The notes: a model not told the origin generated them from the sequence alone. A stretch of DNA of 60,094 bases, filler included, from Sphacelaria rigidula (GCA_964200075.2; 9 parts of 9 records of this genome joined end to end with filler, not necessarily neighbours in it); one strand, 5' to 3'; shown: positions 12,531-26,823, counted from the first letter of the whole stretch. A program made the numbers and translations.

Positions 12531-14569
12531 GAGCGTTACCATGGTGCTTTGATATATGATCTGCTGCGGTTCACTTTTCATGTCGGGTATCTTTAAATAA
12601 CGCTTGCAGGGCACCGGACGGAAAGGAAATATGACATGCTGGTATGCCTATAATGAAAAATGCGGGCGTTTCATCTCTGACGACCATTGATGGGTAATGG
12701 ACCGGACGGTACCTCACCTGTTCATCCGTGGCACCCGCAAGGTGACGTACTGTATATCGATATGTCCCATGATGAAGGATACTTCAGCACGGACACAAGT
12801 AGACTGGTGCTTGGTGTGTTGACCAAACGCTTTACTATTCCAGGTGGTGACTACTGATACGGCTGCAGCAATGCACAGAACAATACTGCTGGCGTACGCG
12901 TGTGCAGTGAACCGATTCATCATGAAACATCAACTCATTGAGGCTTATTTGTTGCTCTGACGCTTGGAAAAAATCACATGATCATGATTATTGATTGCTG
13001 ATTAAATCAATCGATCAACCCTATTCCAACACGAATCAAAATAGCTATGAATAATCAACCAAGATTTGTATAAATGCAGGCTGGGCCGCCTAAGAAGCGG
13101 ATTTTCCTTCAGCCGGTTCTAACTGACGATCTATCGCGAGTTGTGCTTACTATTAATATGATACATCGTGGTGATCTGCAAATCAACGCGCGTCTGTCAC
13201 TTCACGTAGCACTGCGATCTGATAAGTTCCCATCAAACGAAATACCAAACTGCAGTCAGCTGCGAAGTGTAGAGAGTTNNNNNNNNNNNNNNNNNNNNNN
13301 NNNNNNNNNNNNNNNNNNNNNNTTAATTAATTAANNNNNNNNNNNNNNNNNNNNNNNNNNNNNNNNNNNNNNNNNNNNTTTTTTCGCGCAACCAAACCCC
13401 CCCCCCCCCCCCCTATCGTAGGATGACTCCCATATGCTAGCTTTCGTCACCGGAAAAACGTCACTTCAAGTTCGTTGCATGAAATCTGTCACATTAGTGT
13501 ACTTGGACTTGGAGTTGTGCACCGTTTGGGGGGGCTGCATCATCAACACTTGCACAAAAACAACCACATCTTGCGCAAGAAAAGTCAATTGTGAATCGTC
13601 ACTTTCCCATCAACGGTTCCAAGAGGGTTAAGGTAATGTATTGTGCAGTACATTTGTTTCTTCATTTTGTTTTTCTAACGGCAGAGCGTGCATGACCAGG
13701 TTGGTGTGCGGTTCACAGAGATGTCCTTAACTCGGGCTGATTCGGGAAACCTGACAAGTTGTTTAGTTATGTGTGTTTGTTGGTGTTACGGCTGGCCAAG
13801 CTCGTATTATATATCTTGAAGGTATTGGCACCCAAGCAGTCTGTCTGCGAGGTTTTGACACGGCACCGAGGCAGATCCAGTCTTGAATCATACAGTGCAG
13901 TACTTGTACGGTACAGCATGACACAGTGACACTCATGTGTCCCGCGCGTACAAACGACGGCAGTTGCTGACTTCTGGAGGACGAGTTGGATTTGTACGAT
14001 AAGGTATAACCCGGGGTCAAACGTTTTGTTATACCTACCCCCGTTCAGACACCCGTGATTGCAAAAGGATGAAACTAGCAAGGTTTCAAGGGTGTGTTGA
14101 GTAAGGTTAATACCTGGGTATTTAATCTCCAAAATTTTGTGTTGTGATGGTCCGATCTCCGATCTCTGCCCAGACATTGGGTAACGCCTGGGTACAATCG
14201 TATTACTTTACGCAATATCTAGGTATATAGTTGAGTACGACTCTTCAAAATCCCCCAAGTGTAAGAAATACTCTACTCAACACGCCCTCGTAAGGTTTTT
14301 CAGGTGCAGGGCAGGGCTTTTACATGACCATCTCTGAACGGGGCGCAAGACCGGCCAGACAAATCACGTTTACCGTGTACGTTCGTTGTTTGCGTGCTTG
14401 TACAGCATACGAGTACTTATATTTGAAACTTTTGAAGGAATCTATCAAGTCAAGCAAGTCAGTGCTTTCACACTAGTTTCGTGCGGCTACATAATGAACT
14501 TGTTGCCTTGCTACTATTAACTATTAACAATCTTGAACATTGGCGTTGGAAGGAGAAAAAAACACTAGT

Positions 14570-14650
14570 TAACCCCTAGACCGCGAGGGCAGTCCATCCG
14601 GACCATGCATACTTTTTAAAAGTGAAATTGATGCCAAATCAGCAGGTGAC
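14570..14650 (+). repeat. Conserved block of a dispersed repeat family
   Basis: CCCTAGACCGCGAGGG(C/T)AGTCCATC...GCATACTTTTT...AAGTGAAA is also at 23167-23240 (+) and 34578-34645 (-), on three different contigs. Confidence 0.65.
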
Positions 14651-17600
14651 CAACCCTTGCGGTCAAAGAAAGGGTCAAGTGGTCTACATCTACGAATCTG
14701 GTACCGCATTTTTGACCAACTATCTACTCTGATAAGGGGGTCCCTCGTTGTCGGACGTATTTCGGCTATTGAGGGGATAACGCTGTTGCGTTTTGGGTGG
14801 GAGGTTAACGCGGGTGGATGAGCACGCCCTCGAGTCGATCCAACACTCATGGCACGACTTGCTCACGATAATCGCTACTGTCGGGTCAAGAGTAAAACAA
14901 GTACGGTCTGCAGTACGCTATCTGAACGGGGTAGCTTTAAAAAGTCCGATTTTAACTTTCAGCGTAGTTGGTGCTCGGCCAGGATGGGTGAACCTGGGGG
15001 TCTTGCTTTAGAAATCTGTTCCGATACTGTTTTGTGAAAACTCAGAAAAGACCACGAATTGTTTGTTCATCGGTCGGTGTTGACTCACGGCACGAATAAG
15101 CTCTCTTCGGAAAAAATTGTGGTTCAAGAATATTGATCCGAAACATCGTTAGTGTGGCACATGAAATAGTATTCCGAGAGCGGATGTTACGCCGATATCC
15201 CGATATTTCACAAATCGGAAGTGCGGACCTGGTCGATGCGGAAATACGCATACTAACTCATGAGCATGGGTTGATGATTTCCTGGGGCTTGAAAAATCGA
15301 AAAAGCAGCATAGTTGGGGTTGAGGATCAGTGCGCGGGCCAACTACAGCAACGCATTTTTTTAATTTCACGATTCCGATTTTTGGTTGAATAATTATCAA
15401 GGGATGACCCCATAAAGTGGTGATAAGTATATTCATCATTGCTGTATACTTTTCCTCACGTTCGCTGTACGTCTACTCCGCAATCATGCTGGGTCTAAGA
15501 TCTGAAGAGACGCAAAGCCAAGTCTCCTGTTTTTTCCGCCCCCAGAGGCGCGTCCAGGAAGACCTTCTCACGTGCTGAGTAGGGCGTATTTTGGCTCGGG
15601 CTTTGCCCTCGCCTAGCGGCTACGCCGCACTAGCGCCTAATTTCTCTCTATGTTGGCACGATGAGATTTGGGCCACTATGGAATGACACACATCTTGGAA
15701 AGTGTATATCACCAGATGTTCTCTATCGAGTAGACATGATATTTTCACACTTGGGAGATGATTTTAGGGAAATAGGCTCAAAAACGGTGTTCCTTTGAGA
15801 ATTCGACCCCCCAAAATATGCCATCGCTCGCAATGCGTACAACATGCCACAAACATTGTTTTCGCTCGGAATCCTTGAGACACATCCGTTATGGGTATGC
15901 TGCACCTGTGCCTCATTCATGTCCTCGCCCCCTTGAGGCTATGCGCAAAAAACCGGTCTTCCACGAAAACCCGCTTCACCCTACTACTATAATTATACCA
16001 GATTTCCATAAGGGGCACCCGAAGTGTTTTTTCTCATCACCTGTTCTTTCAGAACTCGCGGCTACCCAAAGCGCAGCAGCAGAACCAGCCACAGCAGCCG
16101 CAGAATCGACTCTTTACCCGCGTACTATGCCGTAAGCGTGCTCGAGTTGGCACCGCGGTGGGGTCGTTTTTGAGATCGTTCCGTTCTTGTGCTTTTTTGC
16201 GCACTTCCGTGCCGACTCGGGGCACCGCGCCAACTCAATGACCCGCGGGCGGGAAATGTGTGAAATCGTTTTGTTGTTTTTTAAGAGTACTTCCGTGCGA
16301 TTCTGAGTAGAATCGCAGCGGCGTTACTACACTGCTGCTGTATACCATGGTATACTTCTCGCGTATCGAGTGAGAGGATTATTCAACCGGTTTGAATTTC
16401 GCTAACTGTGTTTGCTCTGGGTGCCTTGGTTCAACGGACGCCGTAAAGCCATTTTAACGTCAAAAAAAGAATACTTCGATGTGTCCGCGGTCGAGGTGCC
16501 TTGCGTGATCAGTGGAGCTCCGGTTACACATGTCGCCATACAAACCGTATCCTTTGCGACACCCCGTGTTCTTCTACGTTACAGCTCAAAAAGTCTCGCG
16601 GAGTCACTCGCGGTAGCAAGCAATTTCACGCCTGACGTGAAATTTTTTCGGAATCAGCGCACCCCCGTGTGATCTCGAAGACGCCCGTGCGGAAATTCAA
16701 TGAAGTCATTTTTTTTTTGTGCGCCTCCTCCCGTGTAAACTCAAAGCACGGTGCCAGCCCGAAGCATACGTACGGTAATTGCCGCACACCAATAAATACA
16801 GACAGCAACAAAGCCCGACGTGGTATCTCGCGATAGGTGTCTTGAGCCTGGTCGTTCTCGGCGCCGACCATGTTGGATGCACACCCTGTCGGTGTTCTCG
16901 GGGGAAGTATGTAGCTGGTAGCGAAATTGGTGGTCTTGTTTCGCGTCTCTCCCACCATCAGACATGTCGGAAAATTTACCGGTTCTGTCGCGTCAAACAT
17001 ATCACAGCATCGTCTACGACTCTCTCTCTCTCTCTCGAGATGGAGCGCACGTCCTAATGAGAGCGCGTTCTTCGCAGCAAGTGTCAGCCTTGTAGGTGCC
17101 CCCCATGAGGCAATCTTGATTTTCCTTTCACTCTTCCATGATACAAGTTGGGGTCGTCATCAGATGAAGAAAATTAGCAAATCATCCGCGCTCGGAATCA
17201 AGGGGGGTGTTGAACGCCATCATCTACAGTTTTTCGATACCCGTCGCATTGGATGAATGGCCTTTACGGCAATTTTTCGATGTACCGGGACAGAACTTAC
17301 CTAATTCAGTTAGCGGGCGAAGCCCGCAACACAAGACGTACCTCCCGCACACAGACAGGGATAACTCAATGTGAATGGAAATAAATGCGATTCTGGCCGA
17401 GCGTTCAACGTCGGCACCCGCACAAAATTGAGGACTTGTTGAAAGGCAGGCGAAGGACCAAAACATATGGGACATATCCTGTCTCATGGTACTGCAGCAC
17501 AAACGTACTCACGTCTGCTCTCGTGTGCTGCAGCTGTCACTGTACTATGGTGTGTTCTGACATTGCGAACACGGTTCGGTCTCCTTTGGGATTGCCTGAG

Positions 17601-18885
17601 CTGCAAGATTGTCGTTGTACTCGTCTCCGCATAAAATAATGTCAGTCGGCACGCAGTGCTCTCACACACCAACTGTTGAGAACTCCATGATGTGTTAGTT
17701 GTATCTTCCGCCGTAATACGAGCCAGCGCTGCCCGCTGCTGCGGCTCTCCGTTTAGCAGGTGCTGTGTGTTGGGGCACTGAACTGTCTGTATCGTGTTGG
17801 AACATGTGGGCGTGGGCATGATTGGCCGTGAGATTAGACCGCACGAACACTAGGTTTGAGACTACTCTCCATGTAGTTTCCATGTAGAATGCAGGGATCT
17901 GATTGGCAGTTACGGTTAGCCTTATGGTGTTATTGGGTCAGCCTTATGAAGTTCCAGATCTGATATCATGGCACGGGATGCTACAAATTGAGGATGGTCT
18001 TTCATTTTAATTTTTGGATGAACCTCGGGTACCTTCATGGGAATCGTCATGGGAACCTTCATGAGCATCGAAATATTCTCGAAAACAAAGTGCAAATGCA
18101 CTATCCCGCCGTGATGTGTGGCCTCGCTCTTCCTCAAAAAGATCCATCCGCGAAAGGGAATTTCCCGTGTTGACGAGGAATGTTGACGTTTGAGAACAGT
18201 TTTCGTAGAGAAATGAACGAAGGTCGCAATTGTTCGGTATTAACACGGGATTTCACAGATTGCGGATGGATTATTTTGAGAATGATCGAGGCCTCACATC
18301 ACGGCCTGAGAGTGCGTTTTTATTTCTATTTCAAGAATGTTTTGATGCTCATCGACGTTCCCGAAGTTCATCCTCAAAATATAACCCATCCCTCAATTAG
18401 TAAAATCCCGTGTTTTATACGGCTCGGATGGTGAAGAACGGAAAATTGGATAGCACGGACTCCCTGTAGCATATGACAGTAACATGCGATAATTTATCCA
18501 ATCTGGTAGAGCAGCCGGTGTTACATGTTTGCATGAGGTATCACATGCCAAGTGAACCAATGATACACCGCGCAGCCCAAAGTCTGCCGCGCAACAATAA
18601 CACACATCACTACATGCTGCCCCCGAAAAAAGTCGACAAGTTGTGTGTCCACCATGGTTGGAGCCGAGCGCGGACAGACTCCAGAGTATCTTCCCGAAAT
18701 AAAACATCGGTCTCGGTCGTTGTCAAGATCATTTCTGGACGGCAGGATACTCCAGAATCACCAGTTCCGCAAATACGTGGGTGAACAATCGATTCTGCAG
18801 CTGCCATGGTTGGTTCTGCTGCGTGTTGGGTAGCCGCGCGCTCTGACTGCAAGAAGTGGTTTGAGGCCGTATCTTACCACATCAC

Positions 18886-19032
18886 TTTTCGATCGAGAAA
18901 GTGCGGTGGAAAACAAATATCCCGATCTGATAGGTCGTGATTTCGACCATGGTCGTTTATGTTAAAGATGTTTGAAACCACGACCTATCAGATCGGAGTT
19001 TTCCGTTTCCACTCCACATTCTCGATCGAAAA
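18886..19032. repeat. ~147-bp imperfect palindrome (MITE-like hairpin)
   Basis: TTTTCGATCGAGAAAGTG...CCGATCTGATAGGTCGTG pairs with CACGACCTATCAGATCGG...CACATTCTCGATCGAAAA. Confidence 0.8.
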
Positions 19033-20067
19033 ATTAATTGCCGAGACATCCCCTGTGAAGGGAAAATGCCAGCCCAAAAAAAAGTATTTCAGAGAAAAGA
19101 AGGACCACAGCGGGTGCACCGTGGGAGAATTTGGCTTAACTAGGGTATAGCGGTGTTGATGAACGACCGCTCTTTTGCGCATAGCCGCACCGGGCGGCGA
19201 TTTCTGACTCTCGGTGATCACAAAGCCTGGAGTTCGATTCCCGGCCCGATCATCGCGATTTTTGAGTTCGTCGAAGTCGAAGCTGGCAAGGAAAGTCGTG
19301 AAAGTTGTGAGGCATGGTCAAGCAGAGTCCGAAAGCTCAGGGAAACAATTATTTCTGCGGAGATGGTTCGCTGAAGAACCCAGCACACGCAAAAATTATA
19401 TGAAAACAGATGGGGAAAAATTCTCACCTCTACGGTAGCCGCCAAAACAAGGTACCTCTACAAATCTCTTTTTGTCACAAGAGGACGCGAAAAGGCTGGT
19501 GAATAAAACGGGGACGTGGTGTGCACACTGAGCTACAGCGAGCGTAAAGTTCGACGAGTTCATCATGGAGACAAGTCGGGTTTTCACACTTGGTCTTTTT
19601 ACATATTTCTCTACCGATGCACAACACTAGCTGTACGTGTTTGTCGTCATTTTGTTGTAATTGCTGTTGTTGTTTCTTGTTGTTGATGGTGGTGTTGTTT
19701 TTTGTTGTTATCGCTGCCCCCTTTCTTTCCTTTCTGGGGCCGTTGCTTCTGTCGTTTTCTGTTCCTTTCTTTCTTTCTTTTTTATTATTCTGTTATATTG
19801 TTTGCTGCTCCTGACCATGGGCTGGATTGTTGCAATCAGCTAAATCAATCAATCAATCAATCACTAGCAAAAAGGGGATGCCCCCCCCCGCCCCCCCCCC
19901 CCACCCACCCGCCCCCGCGCCCCCGCCGACCGCGCACCAGCGGCCACGCCCCCACCGCCCCGACGCCNNNNNNNNNNNNNNNNNNNNNNNNNNNNNNNNN
20001 NNNNNNNNNNNTTAATTAATTAANNNNNNNNNNNNNNNNNNNNNNNNNNNNNNNNNNNNNNNNNNNN

Positions 20068-20399
20068 CTACGATACCTACGATACCACGGTATTTCAAGA
20101 TTTCAATGCCTACCGTACCCGCCAAATCCGGTACTTTGAAATGTCATACCTACGATGCCTACGATACCAGGGTGATTCGACATTTCAATACCTACCGTAC
20201 CAGCCAAATCCGGTATTTTGAAATGCCATACCTACGATACCTACCATACCAGGGTATTTTGAGATTTCAGTACCTACCGTACCCGCCCAATCCGGTAGTT
20301 TCAAGACTCATTCCTACGATACCTACGCAAACCACGGTGCGGGATATCCCGGTAAATACCGGGGGTACGCTCGGTACAGTACCTTACCTACGGTGCCTG
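20068..20399. repeat. Subterminal tandem repeat array of a DNA transposon end (TACCTACGATACC / TACCTACCGTACC units)
   Basis: Repeated ~35-70 bp units ending in TACGGTGCCTG, a CAGG-type terminus on the minus strand. Confidence 0.6.
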
Positions 20400-22055
20400 T
20401 GCAATTTTCACGATTTCTCCTGTTTAAACTGATTATAGTGACAGTAGAATGATGAAATAAAATTTGGTCTTCAGTGCGGCAAGCCGTGTCGTTCATTTTC
20501 AGGAACGAAAAATTTGCGAATTCGTTATTTCGATTCCAACTCGGAACCTCAGAATCACGCGCTACGGCGCAGCCAGTGCTTGCTCACGACGCGGTGACAC
20601 ATTCCGCTCGTCCGTCGTGCCTTGCCTGATTTTTTCAAGCTTTCTCAATTCCGACTTCCTTCATGTACCTACACGATGACTATCGGACTTGCGATAATTG
20701 ACTGTTTGACTTACAAAGCGTACATAGATGCGTACAGTACGCTTGTATGTCGGGCATACCAAGGAATGTGATCGCTGCGGTACTGCGATTACCGCAAGTA
20801 TAGAAACTCAACGCCGTCGGGACCGCAGTCGCCCAGCCACGTACGACACAGGAAGTTTCGGACTACCAAACGTCATCCGAGCGGAACCAAAAAAGTGCAA
20901 TGATACCTCGGCGATAGTAAGCGTCTCATGTACCGTACCGTGCGATCATTTATCAAAGCCGTCGTCGAGGATAACTCTGCAACAGCCCATGTTTCGGGTC
21001 AAGATTTTTGAGTCAAATTGTACCGAGTAGTTCCCGTATGAGGTACGAGGAGTGACGACCTAGCAGAACAGTATTGGTGTTTGAGGCCTGTCTAGCCGAA
21101 ACAGAGGAGTCAGCTCTCTCAAAGATCTGTTTGTTTTATGCGTAGTGAAATCCGTCGATGCAATACTCACCACCCTCTCGAAAAAACGGGCAAAAAACTT
21201 GTTTGCGTCAACATATTTCTAAAACTTGTATGGGATGACTTTTAATCTGTCGGTGCAAATCGATGATCAGCTAACTCGAAAGAGAGGAATCAAAAGTATA
21301 TCATCCACAAGGGCACATGCAAAGATGTGACACAAAAACAGAGACAACCACACATGAACAAAAGAGAGAGCTCCACTGCCTCCGCGAGCGAAACACATGA
21401 AGCTCAAGTCGTAGCTGTTGATAAGCTAAGCACGTGCTTGCCTGGCTGTCATCAAATCTCTCAAGATCCCAACAAAAACAACAGCTTGTGTCAGAGGCGC
21501 GCCGGTAACACCCAGACATGAGGGTCCGCAATAGTACGTGTTCGGTCCAAATCGACACGCACGCGGCCACCCTTCCTCCAATACGGAACGGATTCACGAT
21601 GACTCCAGACTGCTCTGCTGTGTGTAGATAGCAAGGGCTAGCGGTGGAGCTAACGTGCGCCGGTGTCCTCGGCATGTTTCTCCAGGCTTGATATGTACTG
21701 TAAGTATAGTCCCTCCCTGTCGCGTCTTCTCTGTACCATGAAGAGAGGCGAGATTGCACTCATCACTGCCACAATCGCCGCATTGTCGAAGCCGTGCGCA
21801 GATTGGGCTTACAGACTGGACCAGTTTGAGTTTCCGATGAGATCCGGAGTGATTTTTGTGGGCACAATTTCGTCTGCAAACGGAGCAAGTGGAATAGGTG
21901 ATACTCGCAGCAGAGGGACGAGGTATCCCACGGCCAAGAATTCGGTTCGGCCCGGCCGCCTTGTTTCCTGCAGTCGAATGATTTACATCCCACAACCCGG
22001 TGATTTTGCAGGACCACAAAAGCATGTCCAGCCCCGCTCGTTCGCGCTAGGGGCA

Positions 22056-24053
22056 GTTATGGGCGCGCCTGACCCCCCAAAATGAGCCAAAAAAGTGTCA
22101 CCGACCAAAAGCACAAACAGACCGGAGATCTCGTTCATCCTCTGACTATGCACGCCGCAAAATCCCTCAAAGTACTTTGGATTCGAGTACGGTTTCCATT
22201 CTACGATTTAGAAGTTTCCTTGTTCCGGAGGACGAACCACGGCGTGGCTCGGCTACTCACCGGCGTGTATTTGTTCAAGCTACAATTGTACGGGTTGGTT
22301 TTACCTAAGTCGTTACGGTGATCGAGAAAAAAGCAAAAAAACATGTCTTCTTCACTTAATTCGTTATACAACTCGCATCCTGGTGAAATAAGAAAATTCG
22401 ACCGGTGTAATTGTAGCTGTCGTCTTGGCGCACATGATGCAAAAAGTTGCACCCCAATCGATGGCCGTGGCGATGAGTATTCAATGAGACAGATTGGGCT
22501 GTGATCGCAAACACGCACCTCCAACCCTCGCCGGTCTCCACAACACGCGAAAACCTCACCCCTGTCTAACGGCCTCGGAATAGATGACACCCGTGAATAA
22601 CTCTTGATAGAGCAGATGGTTGATACATCGGACTGTGTGTGGAATGTTGTCGAATTTGAACATTCGACCGAGCCCCCAGAAGCAAGAATCATCTTCGCGA
22701 CCTCGCAGCAGCGGGAAAACATATGATAACACTCGCCCAAACGAAGGCATACCGAGAACCATCGGGCAAGGCGGGTGCAACGTGTTTCGTAGGCGAAGGG
22801 TGCGTTGCGAGACCTCAAATCGGCACCCCAGGCGTCGATTTAGACAAGAAGGCGTTCTGGGACGCTAGGAGAATGCCAGGAGCACAGCCCCCGTGAAAGA
22901 TCCGGATTTCGGTTTTCACACCAAGATCAAGATTGACCAACTCACGCTCCCGAATGGGTTAGGGTTACCCCGCCAAGACGACCCAACAGACAACATAAAG
23001 TCGTCGGCCCACGTTCGCTGGAGCCACATGGCACCGAAGCCCCAATTACGTCTTCCAGTGGACCCACCCATCCGAAGACACGCACCTGTTATATTGGCAA
23101 CGGTGGGTGACGGACGACCGTTTGTTTTCATTCCCTCTTGCAAAACAATAACTTTGGAGTCCGATGAACCCCTAGACCGCGAGGGTAGTCCATCTGGACG
23201 GCGCATACTTTTTTCAAGTGAAAATGATGCCAATTCAGCATATGAAAGAAAAAGCCATGCCCACGGAACAACAAGTATCCTTGCACAAGTCTTTCATCCG
23301 ACGAAAGCTGTGGAATAATGACAGCCGATAAATCAAGCTCCTCAAAACATGACGAGGTTGTGGATCAACACCCGCCCAGCCCACATTACACACCCGGTGA
23401 CTAATTGAACTCCACTCGTCTGTATAAGGGCCGTCCCCGTTGAAGTTCATGAGTACATATGGCTCATTTTGGCCCAATTTCGATCCGCATCTCGTCCCAA
23501 AAATGGTTCAGCTTGCTGGTTTCAGTCACCGGTGTCGGGCTACAAATGTTCATGGTTGATATTACTTGATTCGAGTCTTACAAAGAGAATCGGGATTTGA
23601 ATAGGGCTGACGGTCGCGTGGCTCCTCGGGTGCGCACATCGCGTTTTCGTTGAAATTGGCACCACAGAAGCCGCTTTGGGGTCTACCAAGGCCTCACTTC
23701 CTTCAGGGAATGTATGTACCACCCTTGCCCGAGTGTCCCCGGTGTGCGTTGGGTTGGTTCAACCCAATCAGCCTCCTTGCATGCCAGGGTATCGCAAGCG
23801 CGGACGAAAGGCGACGCAGTGGCATGTAATATATGAGGTACAACGGCAATAACGGTAGGGTTCTGATTTTAGACAGCAGTCCACTTTTTTTCGAAATTAA
23901 TTCTGAATCCATGCCGTTCTCTTCCGATGACGTAAGACGCACTTCAATCCACGAGCCCGGATAAGCCCCAGAAGTCGGCCTGTTCGTGTCTGTTCGTGCT
24001 TTTGGTCAAGACACTTTTTTTGCCCATTTTGGGGGGTCAGGCGCGCCCATAAC
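22056..24053. mobile_element. ~2-kb non-autonomous DNA transposon with ~65-bp TIRs
   Basis: GTTATGGGCGCGCCTGACCCCCCAAAATG...GACCAAAAGCAC at the left is mirrored by GTGCTTTTGGTC...CATTTTGGGGGGTCAGGCGCGCCCATAAC at the right. No transposase ORF seen. Confidence 0.75.
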
Positions 24054-24659
24054 AGTGTACCAACGTTGTAGATCGTCACTTTGAGCTCCCCCACATACAG
24101 TCTAGCTCTAGCCGAACCACGAATCGCACGTTTTCTCGTTTTGTTCCGCCCTCGTCTGGGACCTGATTTCTCCCTATCCTACTTGCGGGTGTCTGTTTTT
24201 ATTCCCATCTTTCCTTGGCACGTTGGTCATGGTGTTTGCCGTTCGTTTTGGGAGGGTGTCAAGGTTCGAAGAAACATAGCTAACAAGCACCCTGCGATTT
24301 TTAGATTGTTGAGGGTGCTGGGCTCAACGTCCACGCTTCAACTTGCGTGGTACCTCGATGTCGATCTCCTCTCGCGCGAATTGATGATGTTGACAGGGAC
24401 GTTTAGTAACGCCACCTGGCAGGAAAGCAATCGTTTCTCATAGACAGCACTAGAACTTCGACAGGGGGGCTTGGCGGCTACCTGATATCCACGGAGGTGC
24501 TTGCTGTAGCATTCTCCTCCCAGAATGAAGTTAGAATAATGGCTGTGGTGGGGTTTGGACCTGAACATTGTGGTGGTCAAGCGTCTTCTCCGTCTCCTAG
24601 GTGTCACGGGGTATTTTAGTCTCTGACAACGTGGCACGTTAGGTAACGGTATGCAGTAG

Positions 24660-24810
24660 CCGGTCGCCCCGGTGCCTCAGTTGATAAACTGCAGACCTTC
24701 TGACGGTCGAGTCGTGGGTTCCAATCTTGGTGCAGTCCCACCATCTGGGATAGTTATTCACACCATGTTACACAGTTCAGGGCGACTATGTCGTAGGTAC
24801 ACAAACTTCC
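24660..24810 (+). mobile_element. tRNA-derived SINE, degenerate 5' part
   Basis: CGGTCGCCCCGGTGCCTCAGTTG...GTCGTGGGTTCC...GACTATGTCGTAGGTACACAAA matches the SINE at 11135-11381. Confidence 0.65.
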
Positions 24811-24821
24811 AAGAAGGTGTT

Positions 24822-25135
24822 CTGTAGGATACGGTTTTCTGTATACCCGGGGTATTTTCCCAGGTATATACCTTGCCCGACAGTTCTGCGACCTCTGCAA
24901 GACTTTCGTATCGGTACCCGATAGTTCTGTAATCTCTGTAAGACCTCCATCCCCTTACCCGATAGTTTTGTGACTTCTGTAAGCCTCCCGTACCGTTACC
25001 GGGGGTACGGGTACGTTCGTCATGAGATACCCGGTTGCGGGTACGGTTTCCCGTGAATTATCTAAAGCCTACCCGACGGTTTTTGGGAGTTCTGTAAGCC
25101 TCCCAAACCCCTACCCGACAGTTCTGTGAGTTCAA
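24822..25135. repeat. Tandem ~40-bp repeats (CCCGA[CT]AGTTCTG...CTGTAAG), probably a MITE or transposon subterminus
   Basis: At least five visible degenerate units. Confidence 0.6.
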
Positions 25136-25671
25136 CACGTAATTCTGTCGCGGGACGCTTCCACATAATCGGACGCCCAGGGATTCGCCATCAAAGAATA
25201 TACACATCGTGCCAAGAGGGTGAAAGTGTCGGTTCCCTCTTACTGCCGTGTATGTATCCCTGTGCTCAACTCGTAATCTATGCTGCGGGGTTGGGTTGGT
25301 AGCTGCGAATGAAGCCACGTCGGATTTGTACAGTTCTGTGAAAGGGGTAGTATCTAGCATGGTTGTCTGCAACGTAGGGCCTCTTCGTCCTTTCCCGCCA
25401 CGTGTTTTCGATTGGAGAAGCTGAGCATTTCTGTTTTTCATCCTGCCCGTCGCGCGCAAATGTTCAGAAAATGGCCTTGAAGCCAATCGAGAGCATGAAC
25501 GCCGTAGACGTATCAGATACCAGCTGGTTACGACCAAATCAATTCGACCGCACGATTTTGAGTCGAGAATGTTTTGATGAGACACGGCCTGACTGCCTGT
25601 AGATCCTGAATTGATTTGCACTGCTGTTGCTGTGGTGTGTAGCGACCGCAACTGCTCTGTCAAGAGTCTGT

Positions 25672-26190
25672 CGAGAGAAATATCTCGGACACGGAGCCCC
25701 TCTCACACACACCCGCGCGCGCGAGGGTGTTTTTTTTCAACAGTCATGATTTTTTCAATATGTATTGCTCTTAGAAATTGATCAAAAATGACAAAAACCG
25801 AGAAGTTTTGGCGGGCTTTGCGAGGTTCATACATTTGCTTCTGCTCCTTGCCCACCCTGTCCCGATGGCCGTGGATAACGGCAACGCTCACACACATCTA
25901 TGTACAGACACGAGCGTAAAGTAGCGACAGCCTGTAGCCAAAGTAGCAACATCAACATTACCAAACACCTTGACAAATTTGTCCGGACTAGTGGTATTTA
26001 GTCGAGGCACACGAGACGGAACAGGACCCCATGAATGTAATCATGGTAGATACTGAGCTTGGAGCGGCGGTGTGTTCGTCATCTCAGCGGTCTTTTTGCT
26101 AAGGATCTCTGTACACGGCACCTGACCGTATCCGCCAACGCCTCGGAAATAAACTAGGGGACAGCAGGTTGGGTGCCCCTCCCCCCCTTT
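25672..26190. mobile_element. Dispersed repeat, same family as 5766-6293
   Basis: Colinear similarity, e.g. GCTTCTGCTCCTTGCCC, AAAGTAG[CT]AACA, CCAAGGATCTCTG-like and ACAGCAGG[CT]TGGGTG blocks. Confidence 0.65.
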
Positions 26191-26792
26191 CCTATCAGAA
26201 ACTCGAACTTTTTTATTTCGGGACCTACGTATCCCAAAATATATTTTCGAGAGACCCTTGGCTTTGTCCGTATTCTTGTGTGGGGATATCTGCAAGCGCG
26301 GTGAACGTGTAGGCGTTTGCTTCCCGAGCTACGGCAACAGCTGCTATCTCAGCGAAAGCACAATGATCGGAGCAACAGCTTCCACAGATTGATAAACACC
26401 GACTGCTCAAGGAGTGTGCTACTTTTATTTGTAGTTTTGTTGTACATATTAAATCGGTCGGGTCGCAATTTTGAGGTGACGGCGGTATTTGTGATATGGT
26501 TGGATCATTTACGATCCATTCTTTCTGCGGACGACAAAGTTCGATGGAACGGTCGACGAGGGAAAGGGACTGCTGAACCCCTCTCGCGATAAAAAAGAAA
26601 GGCAAACAACACAGAAGGAAGGGGGAGTACTAAAACAAAAAAACAAGAAAAAAAANNNNNNNNNNNNNNNNNNNNNNNNNNNNNNNNNNNNNNNNNNNNT
26701 TAATTAATTAANNNNNNNNNNNNNNNNNNNNNNNNNNNNNNNNNNNNNNNNNNNNGTGACCACGGGTTCGAGAGATCGAGCTAATGTGACGG

Positions 26793-26823
<31 letters not shown>

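Larger units (their letters stand above)
10429..13023 (+). mobile_element. Decayed hAT DNA transposon with terminal inverted repeats
   Basis: TIRs TAGGGTTGACTAGTTGATTTAATCA / TGATTAAATCAATCGATCAACCCTA with TGAT-rich subterminal repeats. Contains BED-finger and hAT dimerisation remnants. No 8-bp TSD is recognisable. Confidence 0.8.
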
